Source of the DNA: Centroscyllium fabricii
Lineage: Eukaryota
Direction of reading: 5' to 3'
Length of the DNA stretch: 64,000 nt
Assembly (NCBI GenBank): GCA_051313645.2
Contig: JBNRSN020000014.1
Span: forward strand, 151,900,001 to 151,964,000
Shown here: one piece after another, positions 63,068-64,000 of the stretch
How positions within the stretch are numbered: the first letter of the stretch is position 1
Layout: every line of letters begins with the position of its first letter
Made by a program: the position numbers and the translations under genes
Notes under the pieces: generated by a model
What the model was told of the DNA's origin: nothing
What the model saw: only the letters and a program-made list of their open reading frames with translations
The model's database searches: none

Positions 63068-64000
63068 GAGAGAGGACTCACTGAGAGAGGATTGACTGAG
63101 AGAGAACTGACTGAGGGAGGACTGACTGAGAGAGGATTGACTGAGAGAGAGCTGTTGAGAGAGGATTGACTGAGGGAGGACTGACTGAGAGAGAACTGAC
63201 TGAGAGAGGACTGACTGAGAGAGGATTGACTGAGGGAGGATTAACTGAGAGAGGATTGACTGAGAGAGAACTGACTGAGAGAGGATTGACTGAGGGAGGT
63301 TTGACTGAGAGAGGATTGACTGAGGGAGGATTGACTGAGAGAGAACTGACTGAGTGAGGATTGACTGAGAGAGGATTGTCTGAGGGAGGATTGGCTGAGA
63401 GTGAACTGACTGAGAGAGGATTGACTGAGGGAGGATTCACTGAGAGAGGATTGACTGAGACAGAACTGACTGAGAGAGGATTGACTGAGGGACGATTGAC
63501 TGAGAGAGGATTGACTGAGAGAGAACTGACTGAGAGAGGATTGACTGAGAGAGGATTGACTGAGCGAGGATTGACTGAGGGAGGGTTGACTGAGAGAGAA
63601 CAGACTGAGAGAAGATTGACTGAGGGAGGATTGACTGAGAGAGGATTGACTGAGAGAGAACTGACTGAGAGAGGATTGACTGAGAGAGACCTGACTGAGG
63701 GAGGACTGACTGAGAGAGGATTGACTGTGAGAGGAATGACTCAGAGAACTGACTGAGAGAGGACTGACTGAGAGAGGACTGATTGAGAGAGGACTGACTG
63801 AGAGAGTACTGACTGAGGGAGGAATGACTGAGAGAGGATTGACTAAGAGAGAACTGACGGAGAGAGGACTGAGAGAGGCCTGACTGAGAGCGGATTGACT
63901 GAGCGAGGATTGACTGAGAGAGGATTGACTGAGAGAGGATTGACTGAGAGAGGATTGACTGAGGGAGGATTGACTGAGAGAGGATTGACTGAGGGAGGAT
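63068..64000. repeat. 15-bp minisatellite, right block (continues beyond window)
   Basis: Same monomer; resumes GAGAGAGGACTCACT in register with the left flank of the LTR element. Confidence 0.99.

Noticed and set aside
193-63756. Dozens of long ORFs of (TERGL)n, (SQSSL)n, (SVNPL)n
   Set aside because: A 15-bp unit is a multiple of 3 and lacks stops in several frames on both strands; frames switch at 13/11-bp units, most starts are TTG, and nothing suggests coding selection.
1-64000. TGACTGA as a massive AP-1-like site array
   Set aside because: One mismatch from TGACTCA, true sites are rare variants, and sequence alone gives no evidence of binding.

Overview
Eukaryotic, fish-like heterochromatic window with no host genes. 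About 80% is a 15-bp GA-rich minisatellite (consensus GACTGAGAGAGGATT) organised into kb-scale higher-order duplications, and nearly all ORFs in the track are translation artefacts of it. The array holds nested retroelements. (1) A 5'-inverted RTEX-like LINE (1824-7073) with SGNH-esterase ORF1, APE-RT ORF2, a 37-bp duplicated inversion junction and an (ATTGA)n tail. (2) Inside it, a 238-bp Penelope-like insertion with a 13-bp TSD that forms a near-perfect 203-bp palindrome carrying two minimal hammerhead-ribozyme motifs. (3) A 334-bp 3' fragment of a second RTEX-like family, triplicated with a 2.8-kb array unit; copy 3 was later hit by a CR1 LINE. (4) A full-length, very young Tf1/sushi-type chromovirus (57440-63067, minus strand; LTRs differ at 1 of 552 nt) with a -1 frameshift stem/pseudoknot and a self-priming rather than tRNA PBS. 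Each component belongs to a known class. The most notable observations are the ribozyme palindrome, the twin-priming signature in a non-L1 LINE, and a possible RTEX-satellite targeting relationship. All calls are by eye; no searches were run.
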